Origin: Orbicella franksi
Lineage: Eukaryota
Reading direction: 5' to 3'
Length of the DNA: 64,000 nt
NCBI GenBank assembly: GCA_964199315.1
Contig: OZ116709.1
Coordinates: 2,542,001-2,606,000 of the forward strand
Below, in pieces: positions 23,166 to 36,700 of this stretch; position 1 is the stretch's first letter; each line of letters starts with the position of its first letter. Made by a program: the position numbers and the translations under genes. The notes beneath the pieces were generated by a model. It did no database searches, was not told the origin of the DNA, and saw nothing but the letters and a program-made list of their open reading frames with translations.

Positions 23166-26100
23166 AATCGACAAGTACAACACGTTGGAGAGGTTCTTAA
23201 AGGTCTCGCTTTATTGTACATTGTACTTTTATTTCTATACGGTTCATATAAAAAATGATTTGCCCTGATTATGAAGTTGTAAAGTCATTGCGGTGAAAAA
23301 TACTCATATTTTATACAACTGATCTTTTGTCTACAATTCAGACTCGAGCGTTCATCAGTTGGTTCCTAATTATATTACATTATTCGCTAGTAAAATTTTA
23401 TCCATTCTTGAATTTTAGGAATCAGTCAAATTTGCTACCTTGATTTCACCAAAAAATAATGAATAGCATTGTGCAATATTTGTCAGATTTCTCACTAGCG
23501 ATATAATAACAAAACGCCTAACTAGGACATGACGACAGAAAGACAATTTTTCCCTTTTTCGTTTTAGTTATTTCATTTTCTGCCATGTTGTTATGCTGAA
23601 CGCAAAATGACTATTGCCTTCTCTTACCTCGTAAGGTCGCTAGTGTTACTAAGGCATAACTTAATTATATCTCTAAAGGTTTTAATACACAAAAATTAGA
23701 ATTTTCATTTATAAAATCCTTACTCTAAGGTTAAAAAAGATCTTCCTCTCGGCGTGAAAATCAAATGACCGAATGCATCTCTGAAGTTCTGCTACCTATC
23801 AATATAAGCCTTGAGTAAATATAAAACCAAGCTAACTACCCAACACATTTTGATCATTGTTTCACTCGGAAACATTGTGATAAAAGAACTATACTTAAGT
23901 CGGAAAATAAAAAGTATAGCGGTATCAATTCGATTGCTAACCGAGTAAGTCTACCTAAATATCAATCTATACTTTTGTTCAGACGAACAAATAGTTTTAC
24001 GTCGCAAGACGAAGTAATGTTTAGCCCCTTGACTGAACAAGCAGTTGAGGATTAAACTACAGACCTTCTTGTCGTGAAATGCCTCATGTGAAATGAATTG
24101 TTAAAGTACTTTTAAAAACACATGCAACAAAATCTTCACCTGCAACTTTCGTAATTTATAGAAAAGCCTCACATAAAAACTTTTTTTGGAATTCTTTCGA
24201 CAACCACGTATTCGCACGTACGTATTGAGCTTTAGTTCCCTAAAAGCAGTTTATCACCGTGTGACAACTCAGTCGTTAAGAGAACAGAACCGTTGCATGA
24301 GGAGAGAATGAATAGGTCAATGCAAAATCGTTGCGTGACGGAAAAATCAATACGCGATTGGCGATTGAAATAATAATGATAATAATAATAACAATAATAA
24401 TAACAATAATAACATTTATAATGCGCAAATTTCATAAAATGGTCAAATGCGCATGACAAGATTAAAACGGAATAAAAAGGCTAAAAAGCTAAAATGAGAA
24501 GTGGACGATACAAACACTCAGTAAGATATTAGTGATCATCAACATATTCAGGTTGGAAAATATGAAACACAATGCAGCGGAAAGAATTGAAATTTGAAAT
24601 TTCCAGTTTTGATGATAATCTAGAGGTAAAAAGCTACCTAATGTATGTAACCATGGTAACTCGCGCGTTTGATGCCATTCGACCTAAGTGAGTTGTTATC
24701 ATACTTCCTCGTCCTCGCGTACCACCTCATTTACCAATCCTATATCAGGCTCTTCTTCCATAACTTCAGACTGCGCATAAGTTTCTGACATATCGATATA
24801 CGCGGTTACCCGTTCATTTTTAATCCATTGCTACAAGAAAAAAAGAAATATTCGTCAGTGGTTTTCTGATGAAACATCAGTTACAGAACGGACTAAGACA
24901 AGGATGGTTTCTGTCACAAAATGGCCCGCAACAACGTAACCTGTCAAAAACGAATAGACCAGACAATCAATATGAAATTATCGAGCAATACAAGCAACTC
25001 ATACCTTGACTTCATCTGCGTACATTTTTATGTTCAAATCCATTTTTGTTTGGGAACGTTTTCCTATATACCTAACCTGCAATAAAATGATGCAATTCAT
25101 GTAAGCAGCTATGATGTGTAACTAGTGTGCTGCCGGGGTCAGCGAAAAAAAAAGCAAACCTTGGACTTATCAAGATTTTAAGTTCCATTAATTCTTCTAA
25201 AACACTACAGAAAGTCTTTTCGTAATATAGGTCTCCCTAAAATGGAATTGCTTCCTATATCTAATGAACTACAGGTTTAAAATTTTGTATTCTACATAAA
25301 AAGGGCAAAATTAGTGTAGAGATTCTTACAGGCTGATCAGGCTGCAGGTCTTGCCATAATTCTTCTCTCGAGTGCTGGAATTCTTCTCTCAAGTGCCGGA
25401 ATTCTTCTCCCAAGCGCCGAAATTCTTCTTCCCAGTGCTGGAATTCTTCATAGGTAACTGTTATTTCTTTCTTTATGTTCATGTCCTCTGTCAAGGAAAC
25501 AAAACGTTCTGATGTCGGGCGATGTTTTTTTTTTTTAATCTTACTGAGATATTGATGTTGATTTCTCTCTTACTCGGCCAATGGATTTCAAGTTTGTCAA
25601 GGAGGTGGGAAGTCCAAAGTAGTTGGAAGCCTATGGATTTCGCATGTGGCAATGTGATTGGTAGGGAGGTTTGGGAAAGAAAACCCCCGGGGGTTACTCC
25701 TTATAATGGCCTGTATGGGAAGGCTCTGCCCGAAAGGGGTAACTTTTTCAGGTTTCAGGTATATTAAAGGGTAGGGATTTCACAAGTTGAGAAAAGTTAT
25801 GAAAAAGCATGGAATCTGTCATTTACTTATTTTAAAGGGCCTTTAATTAAAATATTTCGAACAGACGCACCTTATAGCTGTATCAGTTCATTTATTAGGC
25901 GGTACATGAGAATGACAAGAAGACTTCCCTTATTGGCGATTTATTCATAGTACGAGCCAGTTATGAAAGTATGTGAAAAGGTTACCTTTTTCAATTAAAG
26001 GTACACGACAGGGTACCTTTTCTGTCAAAATGCTATACAAAAGGGCAAGGCCGGGGCTGGACCGCGGGGTGGAGCCTCCCCCGTAGAGAACTTTGTATAG

Positions 26101-27780
26101 TACTCCCCGGGATATGCCTTAAACTTGTCAAAAATACGGCACAGCATGTGCATTTGAATCACACTGTTGTAAGACCAAAGTTCTCTCTATTCACTTACAT
26201 GAACGCTGTGATGAGATGACCTACTCTGTAATCAGAGAAAAGACCACCCACAATTTTCTTTCTTTCTGTTTTTTCCAAGTTCGTTGGCTTTGGAGGCGGG
26301 ACAAACACAAGGTAGTCACGCATGTATTTGTTAATAAGATTTGATAACAACCGTTCATTTTATTTCGGGGGTTTGTTATTTTTGGAACTTACTTTAGCTA
26401 AGTCCACTTACCCTCTTCGTCAGTAGGATGTTCTTTATGATATTTAGTTCGGAAGAGAAAGGCTTCAAGAATAAACGCTACAATGATGGTCACAACCACC
26501 TAGTGAAAAAGAACAGGCGCATGTAGCATTTAACATTGGATTCGCCGTGTGGTTAGAAACGACATTTTAAACAAAACAATCATAAATGAACTCGCGCCTC
26601 GACAATCCTTCTGATGTAGACGCAAATTCCGCGCCCGGGGCGAAAAAATGAAACCGAAAAATCCGCGTCTGGTTCCGGTTTTTGATTAAGCATTCGGTCA
26701 CCGCTGACCGCAAATGCATGGGCTCCGGATACGAGATTGCGCCTACTGTTCAACAAGTCAAAGCCAAAACAGTCATAGTGCGAATCAACCAGTTGACTCA
26801 CCATCATGACAATGTAAAATAACATGAAGTATATCCTAGCCCAGTCTGATGTCACGAAAACAATCCCTTCCTTTAAGTAAGAAAAAATAAAATAATCAAA
26901 ATATAAGTAGAATGAAAGAAAAAAAAAAGAAATAGAAATGGGAGAACAAACTCTTTCCAGGCCTCAATTGTTTCCTCGCTTCGCCTGAGATTCGACTTCA
27001 AGAAATCGATACTGAAATTGTTGCTTTACAAAAATCCCCCTGGTGGCTCTAGGGGCGCGCGGGTGGGGGGGGGGGGGGCGGGGTAGGGGCTCTTGCGCGG
27101 TTTCAGAATTTTCCAACGTAAGAGACAGCTAGGCAGAAACACTACACGGAACCCAGAATTGAGAACGGGGTGAGAGATATTGCGGCGAAAACGCAACCGC
27201 AGAGAAAGCACCTCATGTTTATCGGTAAAAATTGCACAAGAAGAAAAAAGGTCGCGCGAAACGCTGGAGGGACAAGTACTAGTCAGCATATGATGATTCC
27301 ACAGGCATTCCTCTCTTCTGCATTATTAATTACTTTACCATCACTAAACTGATAATCTTATTACACTTAAACTGACTTACACACAATTCACACCAACTAC
27401 ACTAGTTTAACTAAATCAGGTTTAGGTTTTTCCAATTTGTCAGTTGCACTTTGCAGTCATTTCGAGAAGACAAATTTCAAACCACCTTGCTGACATACGG
27501 TATTTTATTCAAACACGTTTTTAGCTTGTTACGTTGTGGGGTGTGTACGGTGTGAGTAACTAATTTTTAACCTTGTTTAGTTAAATCACTTTTAAAACAT
27601 GTTTAACATGCCGGTGTGAATAGGATATTATTAAATAAGAAGAACAAACAGCACCTCATGTGTTCTTACCATTATTATCATCCAGTTGTTGACCACCGTC
27701 AATTCAAACAATGTCACTGCAGAGACAAAAAGAACAACTTTACACATGGTCAACAGTATTCTACTGTTTGCAGTAACTGA
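23166..27780. repeat. Segmental duplication, copy A (TPC1 3' exons plus downstream flank)
   Basis: Colinear, clearly diverged similarity to 51388..52156 plus 58889..63399, including six exons and their introns. Confidence 0.95.
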
Positions 27781-30700
27781 CTAAAGTACGTTATCCATCT
27801 TGACAGGTCATTAACTTTTGTTATGCCAAGCTTAGAATGTAAATTCTCCTTACTAACTCTAACGTATTTCTAAAAAAATCAGTTGTGATAATGTCATTGT
27901 CTTCAGAAAAAACGTCGAGCCAACTACTTCATACATCCGGAGCTTATCCCGGTTTCCATGACATTAAGGGGTTAGGAGTATTTCTACTCCCCCTCCCCCT
28001 TGGATGGGATGGTAGTCCATCGCTGGTACCCATTTGTACACCTGGATGGAGAGAGGCACTGTGAGAGTAAGTGTCTTGCCCAAGAACACAACACAATGTC
28101 CCCGGCTAGGGGAAAAAACCTGGACCGTTTCATCCAGAATCCAGCGCGCTAACCATGAGGCAAACGCGCCTTTACATCAACAGCCTTGCGACAGTCGTGC
28201 CCCTATTTGATGATTTTGTTTTGTGTTCATCACGTGTCTGCTTGCCACTGTACCGACAATAGAGAGAAATTTAATAAAAAGTTGCACTTTCATGTTGTTG
28301 CAAATGCTTTACACTACACAAATGAGGGTTAACTCCTACCGTAAGAATGCAGCAAATCGTTGAAGCTGTTTAAATAATAATACTTATAGCCGTCTTCTCT
28401 GTATTCTTCTTCCCATGATGTGTTCCTGTACAACGCAGAAAACAAGGCTAAGAAAAAATACTAGGTGAAGGGCAGTGAAAAATATTACCACGACCTTTTT
28501 TTTTTCCCCAGAGAAGAGGTTCGATTGAACTAATGTCGTCCTTACTGTTGTAATACTGAAAAAGACAACTGAAAAAGAGAACTTACTGACAACAGTTTTT
28601 CAGTTTAAGTCCAGAGAAGCATTCTATTCCAACGATTCCAAACGAGTAATACATCAGAAGAATAACCAAAGCCATCCTGAGGTGAAAAATGTACATTTTT
28701 TTAAAAGTATTGAAGACTAACAATGGCTGATCTCTAAAGTAACGAAAAACCCTTCCGTCGGACGGTTTCGCAGCTGGCTTGCTGCGGTGGGTAAGGTGCC
28801 TAAATTTTTTCGGAAATTTCGGACAAAATTCAGAAAATCCCTTCATTTTTCAAAACGGTCAGAGTTGGAATTTGAAGCTGACAGGCAAGACCATAATGTG
28901 TGACAACGCGTCCTTGTTTGCAATAAGTGATGTCAACTCCGGCCCGTAAATTAACTCTTCAATAGGCAACGGTAAGAAAGCCAATCAGTTCTGCGGTTTG
29001 CAATTGAACACGGTGAGTGCCAACAAAAATGCATATTCACTGGATTGTAGGCTGCGTGACCAGCGTTCAAAGGGGAGGGAGAGGTGGAGACTAGAAGATG
29101 TTGAAAAAGCACAATACCTGGCCATTCGCGGTAATAAGACACCCATTGTGTCGAACACATCACGGTATCTCTGCTTCAATTTAAAGAGCCTGTAGAGAGA
29201 ATCAAGCCTTTGAACAACTTATGCTATTAGTAATATACAACTCTGTGATTTAGAATTGGCCGCGCTAAAGCAAACGCATTTCCAAGGAATTGCCGTGGAA
29301 AGAAAAACTAAAACTTCACTGGGGAGATGGGGCGGGGGGAAGAGGGGAGAGGCTGAGCGTCTAATGAAAGCAACACATGTTTTCAACGACAATAAAGGAA
29401 ATACAACGTAGGCTCGATTACCAGTCCCTGTTTGGGAAAGGAGCTCGCACTCCTCCCCTAAGGGAAGAATGCAGACTGCACTCGAGAGAGCGGCGGAAAT
29501 CGAGCCTAAATACAATGCATGCAATACTACAACAAATGGAAATACTCACAACAGAAGTCTCAGAGGCCTCAGACCAACGATAAAGCTGAACGATGTTCTA
29601 ACTACACCAAAGAAACCAGCAAGAGTCACAAAGAAGTCAAATCTGAAAAGAAGGCTACAGTTTAGTCTAAATTAGGACAAAACAACAGGCATTACTCTTC
29701 AGAAACATAGCATTTCCAATAAAATACTGTCAGTTATCTTTTTTAAGCATCCCTACTTAAAAATCTAACGAACTTACCCTCAGATATAAACAGATTAACT
29801 AAACCCAAGGCCACAAACTACTCACAGATTCCACCCGGAGTGGAAGTACTTCCTAAAACCAAGACCTATCAGTTTGAGTGCAGCTTCGGCTGTGTAAACT
29901 GCAAATGAAGACAAAGCAAATCCCGTTACACCCAGACATCATAAGTAAATCTTCAAAACCAGTTTCACCACTCAGAGTTACTACAGAAACAAATACGGTC
30001 TTCGGAAACATTCCCGATGCTAATTGTTCAATCGGAGATTGCATGAGCTCCTCAAAAGCTGGCGTCGGCTGACCGTGCATGACTCGGTTAATTTTCGGAG
30101 TACAGTGTACTCCTAGGTCACTTGTATCTGCTAGTCCTATTTTGTGACTGGATAATATTCGGAAAAGTCCGCGAGTGCTGCGCTTCTACGAACTTTATGT
30201 TGTTCAACTCTCGAGGAACCAACCCCAACCATACACCACATGAGTAAAACAGTAGTAACTAATATTGTTATAATATTTGCAAAACCAACTTACTCGAAAG
30301 AAAGGCAATATGGTACCACATAATTTCCCCTCTTTTGTTGGCTCGCTCATTTTGTGGAGTGTCTGTAAGTACATCGAAAAGTTCTCAAAGGTTTAACAAT
30401 TCGCCAAAATTCAACTTAAGAAATCAGAAAATGAAACCGAAGATCAAAGAAAGCAAATTACTCACGGGAAAACACAACAATGTCAACGATAAAAGAAATT
30501 CCGTTTGTAATGATGACCAAGTCTGTAGAAAAGCCACAAAGAAATCTCTATTAGTAATGAAATCGCTGAAATCGTGTCCCTTTCAATCATTAATTTCCCT
30601 AATAAAATTTGTGAGAAATCACTGTTTCATGTAGTAGCAATGAAATTAAGTTCTGAGAGTCTTTCCCACATTGACCAGACGTGACGATTTACAAACATGA

Positions 30701-33700
30701 AGATAAAAAGGATGTCTACTGCTACAACTTTATTTAATTCACGTATCAGGTATATTTTTTAATATGATAATGGTTAGACTGTCAGTAGCATCTCATGTAC
30801 TGTGGTACGAGCCACTCGCGAGTGAAACGAGCCAGCGGCAGTTATGGTAAGCTCTCACCTCTTGTGCCACGCCGCTCGCCTACTCGTCTCTGGTGGGTTC
30901 ACCGTTCTGGCTCTTGCCTCAGCAAATGGGGCTCGAAAATAGTTTCAAGGGGTCTATCAATTATAAAATGTAGCAGTAAACATTCTCAGAAGACTTACAC
31001 ATGAAGTATTCAAAAGCTTTCTGCGTTATTAACCATCGGATACCTGTGGAAGAAAAAAGCAACTTGTCTTAATATTAATTAAGTAAATTGCTTGTCATGG
31101 TGTCCCAAATCAGCCCAAGTGAAGACTACATGCAGTTTCCATCTACTGTCAGGTAATCACTACAATAATTTATTTCTTAGTTCCATCATTTAACTTGCAA
31201 TAAATGTTTAATTAAGTATAGACATTTAAACAAGTCTTTAGTCAATATGTAGTATTTTATGAGTCCATACATGCCAATTTATTTCTCAACATCAAGAAGG
31301 AATGCAAGAGCAAGTGTTAAACAGTAGGCCTGGATGGAGAGGCAAGCCTGCGTAACATTCTCACCTTTGACTGTTTGGTATAGACAGTTCCAAGGCCTAA
31401 GACAGATAAACCACTGCTCGTTGTGCTCTGTGATCTAAAAAAAAACCCCATAAGATTACATGCAAGCAAGTTCTGCATAAGCTGGTAGCGCAGTTTTATT
31501 TTCCGGTACGTGATTTCCTCCTAATTTGTAAGGGTGCACAGACCATCCATTGACAAGTTGGGGATGTGAGAGAAGTCGAAATAGTTTGTTTACAAAATTG
31601 TGTAATACTCTAGGCTAGCAGCTTCCAGCTACCTAACTTCCCACTTGAAAAGTTCCACACAAAAAGATCGTATGGGTATCCTGTGCCTTCACTTGATATT
31701 GATCTATTTAACAATAAGATTATGAGCTCGAGATTTCTATCATGTGATAGTTGAAGAGCAAGTCAACATCTAATTGTTTTGGTTTAAATCTACTAGTCGT
31801 TCAAAAGTTTATCTAAATACTCTTCAAAGACACTTCGAAAACGCAAAGAGGCAGCCACCAGTTTGTTAACAAGCGCTCACAGCTCACTCAGGCTACTCCC
31901 TATCTACACCAGAATAGATAGTGAGCAGTGTAGCCAATCACAGAATGCCATTCGTGATAGAATATATGACAGATAGCTAGTAAATTTATACTAATTTTGG
32001 ATAGCATTCCCTACCATTTGAAAAACCCTGAGGCTGCACAGATAGCCTCCTACAACAGATATACTCTTTAGGCCTTCTGGAAGATGGCAAGCCCAAAGAA
32101 CGTCTACCTAGCAGGCTAATGTACAGTGAAACACAAATTGCAGACCCCACAGGATAATATTAGGCTGATTTAGCATGAGAGCGGGAATGTCACTTGACGA
32201 CGGCGCGCACAATACAAATACTCAAATATGGTCAAATTAGAACAGAATCCAGGTTATTCCACACGCCCTGCAGTCATCATCTGATGTTCCTGTCCTGTTG
32301 CTAAATCAGCCTATTAAAATACTTCAGGGGACATACTTGCTTCCATTCCATCTCACTGTTCTCAAATATGTGATAAAATTCATCCAGACTAGAAGTAAAA
32401 GAGGTAAATGAGGCAAAAATGAGGCAATAATGAGTCAGAGAATGTGAAACAATTTAGAACAAAGAAGATATGGTTTCAATTAAGATTTATTTATGAAATA
32501 TCATGAAATATTATTGAATGCAGTTACTGCATAACATTGCCATAAGGATTGCAACAGTATGTAAAGAATTCAAATTTGCTGCCAAGCACAGTGCAGGGTT
32601 CATACTGGGCAGTGGTTTGGTCACTTACCAGTATTAGAGAGGTTAAGCATGATGTTTACGGAAAACGGAAAAATTTTGAACTAATTTGCCATCTTTCTTC
32701 AGCTCAGTTTGTACAATAGAGTGAAAATATTTGTATAATTTCAGGATAAATAGATGTAGGAGATGTTTTCTATTTTTGTGATCAGAGGTAATTTTTTGCC
32801 GTTTGTTCTAAACATCAGGCTTAACCTCTCTATTAAGAACAAGGGGTACATATATCACCACAATTCCCCTGGAGAGCATTTTGTCACCGACTTTTTATGC
32901 ACAATAGTCCAGTACTCATTTTACCACAATCTTGAGTGGAGGACAAAAGGTATGATGACTAGTAGAATGGGGTATTACATTTATACATCCTTTAAGTAAT
33001 TCTGCATAATTCTAGAAATGCAGTTAGCTCATGAAATATAACAAACTCCAGTCAAGTGGTTTTTAAATATTGATATCAATTCTTTTCAATATAAATTACC
33101 TACGTTGCCTTCTTCCACTTGTATCTAATGACTTGAAAATAAGATATTTCTCCACAAGAGCTAATAAAAAAGAGGAAGCTCGTAACCAATAAGTCTGTCT
33201 AAATTAACAGGCCTCTTGAGGAGTGAAAAAAATGCTTACAATCTATTTCTCAAGACAATATATTTTTGATGAGCAAAAACCATGGAGGTTAACTTTGTTG
33301 AATCTAAATCACCACACAATACCTCCAGGTAAGGCTGGGGTTGAGAGAGTCTTTATTACAACAAATTAAATAATGATTACAGAACTGCCCCTGCGAAATA
33401 AATTCCCAGTAGTCTGGGAATTCCTAGGAATTCCAAGTTATTCCAAGACATGCAAATTATGCTTTATCCAAGACCTTGGAATTTCTGGGAATATTTGGGA
33501 ATAGTGGAAGTATGACTGGGAATTATTGGGAATTCCTAGGAATTCCAAGTTATTCCAAGCCATGCAAATTATATTTAATCCAAGACCTTGGAATTTATGG
33601 GAATATTTGGGAATAGTGAAAAGTATGACTGGGAATTATTGGGAATTCCTAGGAACTCCTATTATTTCCCAGACTGTTTTAAAAAATGTGTTTGGAATAT

Positions 33701-36700
33701 CTAGGAATTTTTGGGAACAGCTAAAACACATGAAATATTGTGTTTGAAATTTCTATAAATTTCCCAAAATGTCAAAATTAAAGATGAACTCAGTGCATGA
33801 ATCAGTTTCTGTGAATTAGTAAAAATCAACAGGATCATTTCCCTGCAGTTCCATACCTTTTTGTTGTCAAGCTCCAAGGTAATTATTTACAAACAAATGT
33901 TACTACATTAATTCCAGTTTAAGTCTGACAACTCGACATAAAACTATAGCACTCATAACATTGCTTTTTAGATCCAACCTGATTTGTTAGTGTATATGTG
34001 CCCGTATGGACCCTTAAATCAAACACCCAGAGTTTAACTGATAGAAAAATGGATGCTCTCAGATATGATAAATAGATTGAGCAAAAAATTCCTGTCAGCA
34101 TAAATGTATATATATTATTTACAATTTCGATAAAACCAAAAGTATATATATGCATGTATATATTTAATATAATTGTAGATTCACACACATACCCATCACA
34201 GCCCACTGTTGAACAATTTTTGACTTGATCCTTTATGACTTTAGGAAAAAGAGGAAGACATCTCTCACAGATGTCAGAAATGAAAAGCTCACAGTTTCCA
34301 CACACTTGCTGTACATTTGTAAAACTGTACTGTGACATTCTCTGGACAAATTACCCGTAGTTTCATTAAAACAAGGATATCTTTAGCAGCCTCTCATTGT
34401 CATACAATGTCTTGAAATTAAGGCCAGAATAGCCATACAGGCATATTCTTTGGCAGAAAATGTTTTTTTCTTGTGAACAATTAGTTTCACTTTCATAGTA
34501 GGAATTAGCAAGGAGTGACAGGCCTGCACAACTTCTAACAATGAAAACTTTTGTACCATGTAATATATGACCCCTTTATAGTTTTGCTCTTACGAGTATG
34601 TCTTTTAGGGATTTACCTCTTTTATACGATATTAGTGGTGGCTCTTTGAAAATTTGCCGTAGAGAAGGCTGATTTTGTATCAAGTGCCATTTTTCCATTA
34701 AAACATTTTTGAGGTTGGGCACTGATGGTTGATATTGTGTTACAAAAGGCAAGAGTTCTTTCCGGCTTTCATGTTTTTGTCTTAGCGCCGATTCCCTTTC
34801 TGTGAAATTAATATCTGAAAGGAGTGTTTCGATCAGATTTTTTGGATAACCTCTAGCAAGGAGACGTGATTTGAATTTGTAAATGTTCTCTTCAAATGTT
34901 GCTCTTGAAGAGTTAGTTCGTAAGAGTCTTAGAGCTTCGCCCTTCACGAATCCCTTTTTGACACCCGGTGGGTGGCTAGAGGAAAAATGAGTGTATTGAA
35001 AGGTTTCAGTTGGCTTAAAGTGTGTTTTTATATCCAGGATGGATTGATCTCTAAATCGTTTGCCTTTGTATACAACTGTATCCAGAAATGTAGTTTCAGT
35101 ATTTGAAATTTCAGCTGTAAATTTGATTGTAGGGTGATGTGAGTTTGCTTGTTCGATGAACTTGTCTATATCAGGTTGGCTGACATTCCACAAAGAAAAA
35201 ATATCGTCAATGTATCGTTTCCAGATTGTGGGTTTTGCGACGCTATTGCTAAGAATCTCTGTTTCGATATTGGCCATAAAAATATTTGCAAAAGCAACGG
35301 CCATTTTAGTATCCATGGCGGTACCGTGGATTTGTAGATAATTCTTACCATTGAATTGGAAAGAATTTTCTTTCAGTATCAGGCTTAGCATTTCTTTGAG
35401 ATATTGTGTGGGGATATTTTCTTTGAGATATTGTGTGGGGATAGGAGGGTTATATATAAACAAGCAAACTCACATCACCCTACAATCAAATTTACAGCTG
35501 AAATTTCAAATACTGAAACTAAATTTCTGGATACAGTTGTATACAAAGGCAAACGATTTAGATATCAATCCATCCTGGATATAAAAACACACTTTAAGCC
35601 AACTGAAACCTTTCAATACACTCATTTTTCCTCTAGCCACCCACCGGGTGTCAAAAAGGGATTCGTGAAGGGCGAAGCTCTAAGACTCTTACGAACTAAC
35701 TCTTCAAGAGCAACATTTGAAGAGAACATTAACAAATTCAAATCACGTCTCCTTGCTAGAGGTTATCCAAAAAATCTGATCGAAACACTCCTTTCAGATA
35801 TTAAATTCACAGAAAGGGAATCGGCGCTAAGACAAAAACATGAAAGCCGGAAAGAACTCTTGCCTTTTGTAACACAATATCAACCATCAGTGCCCAACCT
35901 CAAAAATGTTTTAATGGAAAAATGGCACTTGATACAAAATCAGCCTTCTCTACGGCAAATTTTCAAAGAGCCATCACTAATATCGTATAAAAGAGGTAAA
36001 TCCCTAAAAGACATACTCGTAAGAGCAAAACTATAAAGGGGTCATATATTAAATGGTACAAAAGTTTCCATTGTTAGAAGTTGTGCAGGCCTGTCACTCC
36101 TTGCTAATTCCTAGTTAGACAAAAGCTTTTGAATGAACTTTGTCATCCCGAATCATACACGAGCGGGTCACTCAGTCATGGCATGAAATGAATTCTGGCT
36201 AAAGCAAGGTTGAAACAATTTAGGTTGCCCAGAGGGCATGCCTAAACAATTTGATTTGCGAATAACAAGTCGTTTCTCTCACCACACTTGTTCAAACGAA
36301 ACAAATATAGCAGTTCTCACTGATCCCAGTCAAAGTTCTTGACAAAAACTCCAACGAGGCAGCCACAGTCTGCATGAGTTTGATATGTCTCCTGTGTGTT
36401 TCAGCCTGACTGTATGGCAATCCGTGTTGATCTTCAATTTTTGTCCATCCGTATATTCTTTTGCGTTTACTCTATTATTTAAATGTTCCTTTAATGTTTT
36501 AAGTGTCTTTTTTAATATTTCTAATGTCTAAATTTGGCTAAAAACCGTGATATATATCCTCCAATTCGAGAGTTGTTGATACACTTATAGAAGAAGGAAA
36601 ACCTTGATTTAGTCTACTGTAAGCTCAAGATTTATGTAACATATTTATCAATAGTATAGAAGCACCTTCACAATTATCAAGTCTTCTCTTTCAACATTTC

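Noticed and set aside
33100-33104. Alternative donor (CAAC|gtaggt) for TPC1 exon 12
   Set aside because: It breaks phase with the next exon; the donor at 33100 keeps the frame (RQRSLDEF).
36037-36113. SECIS element or hammerhead in the Penelope 3' flank
   Set aside because: No AUGA/GA quartet or CUGAnGA...GAAA core is visible in the 77 nt present.
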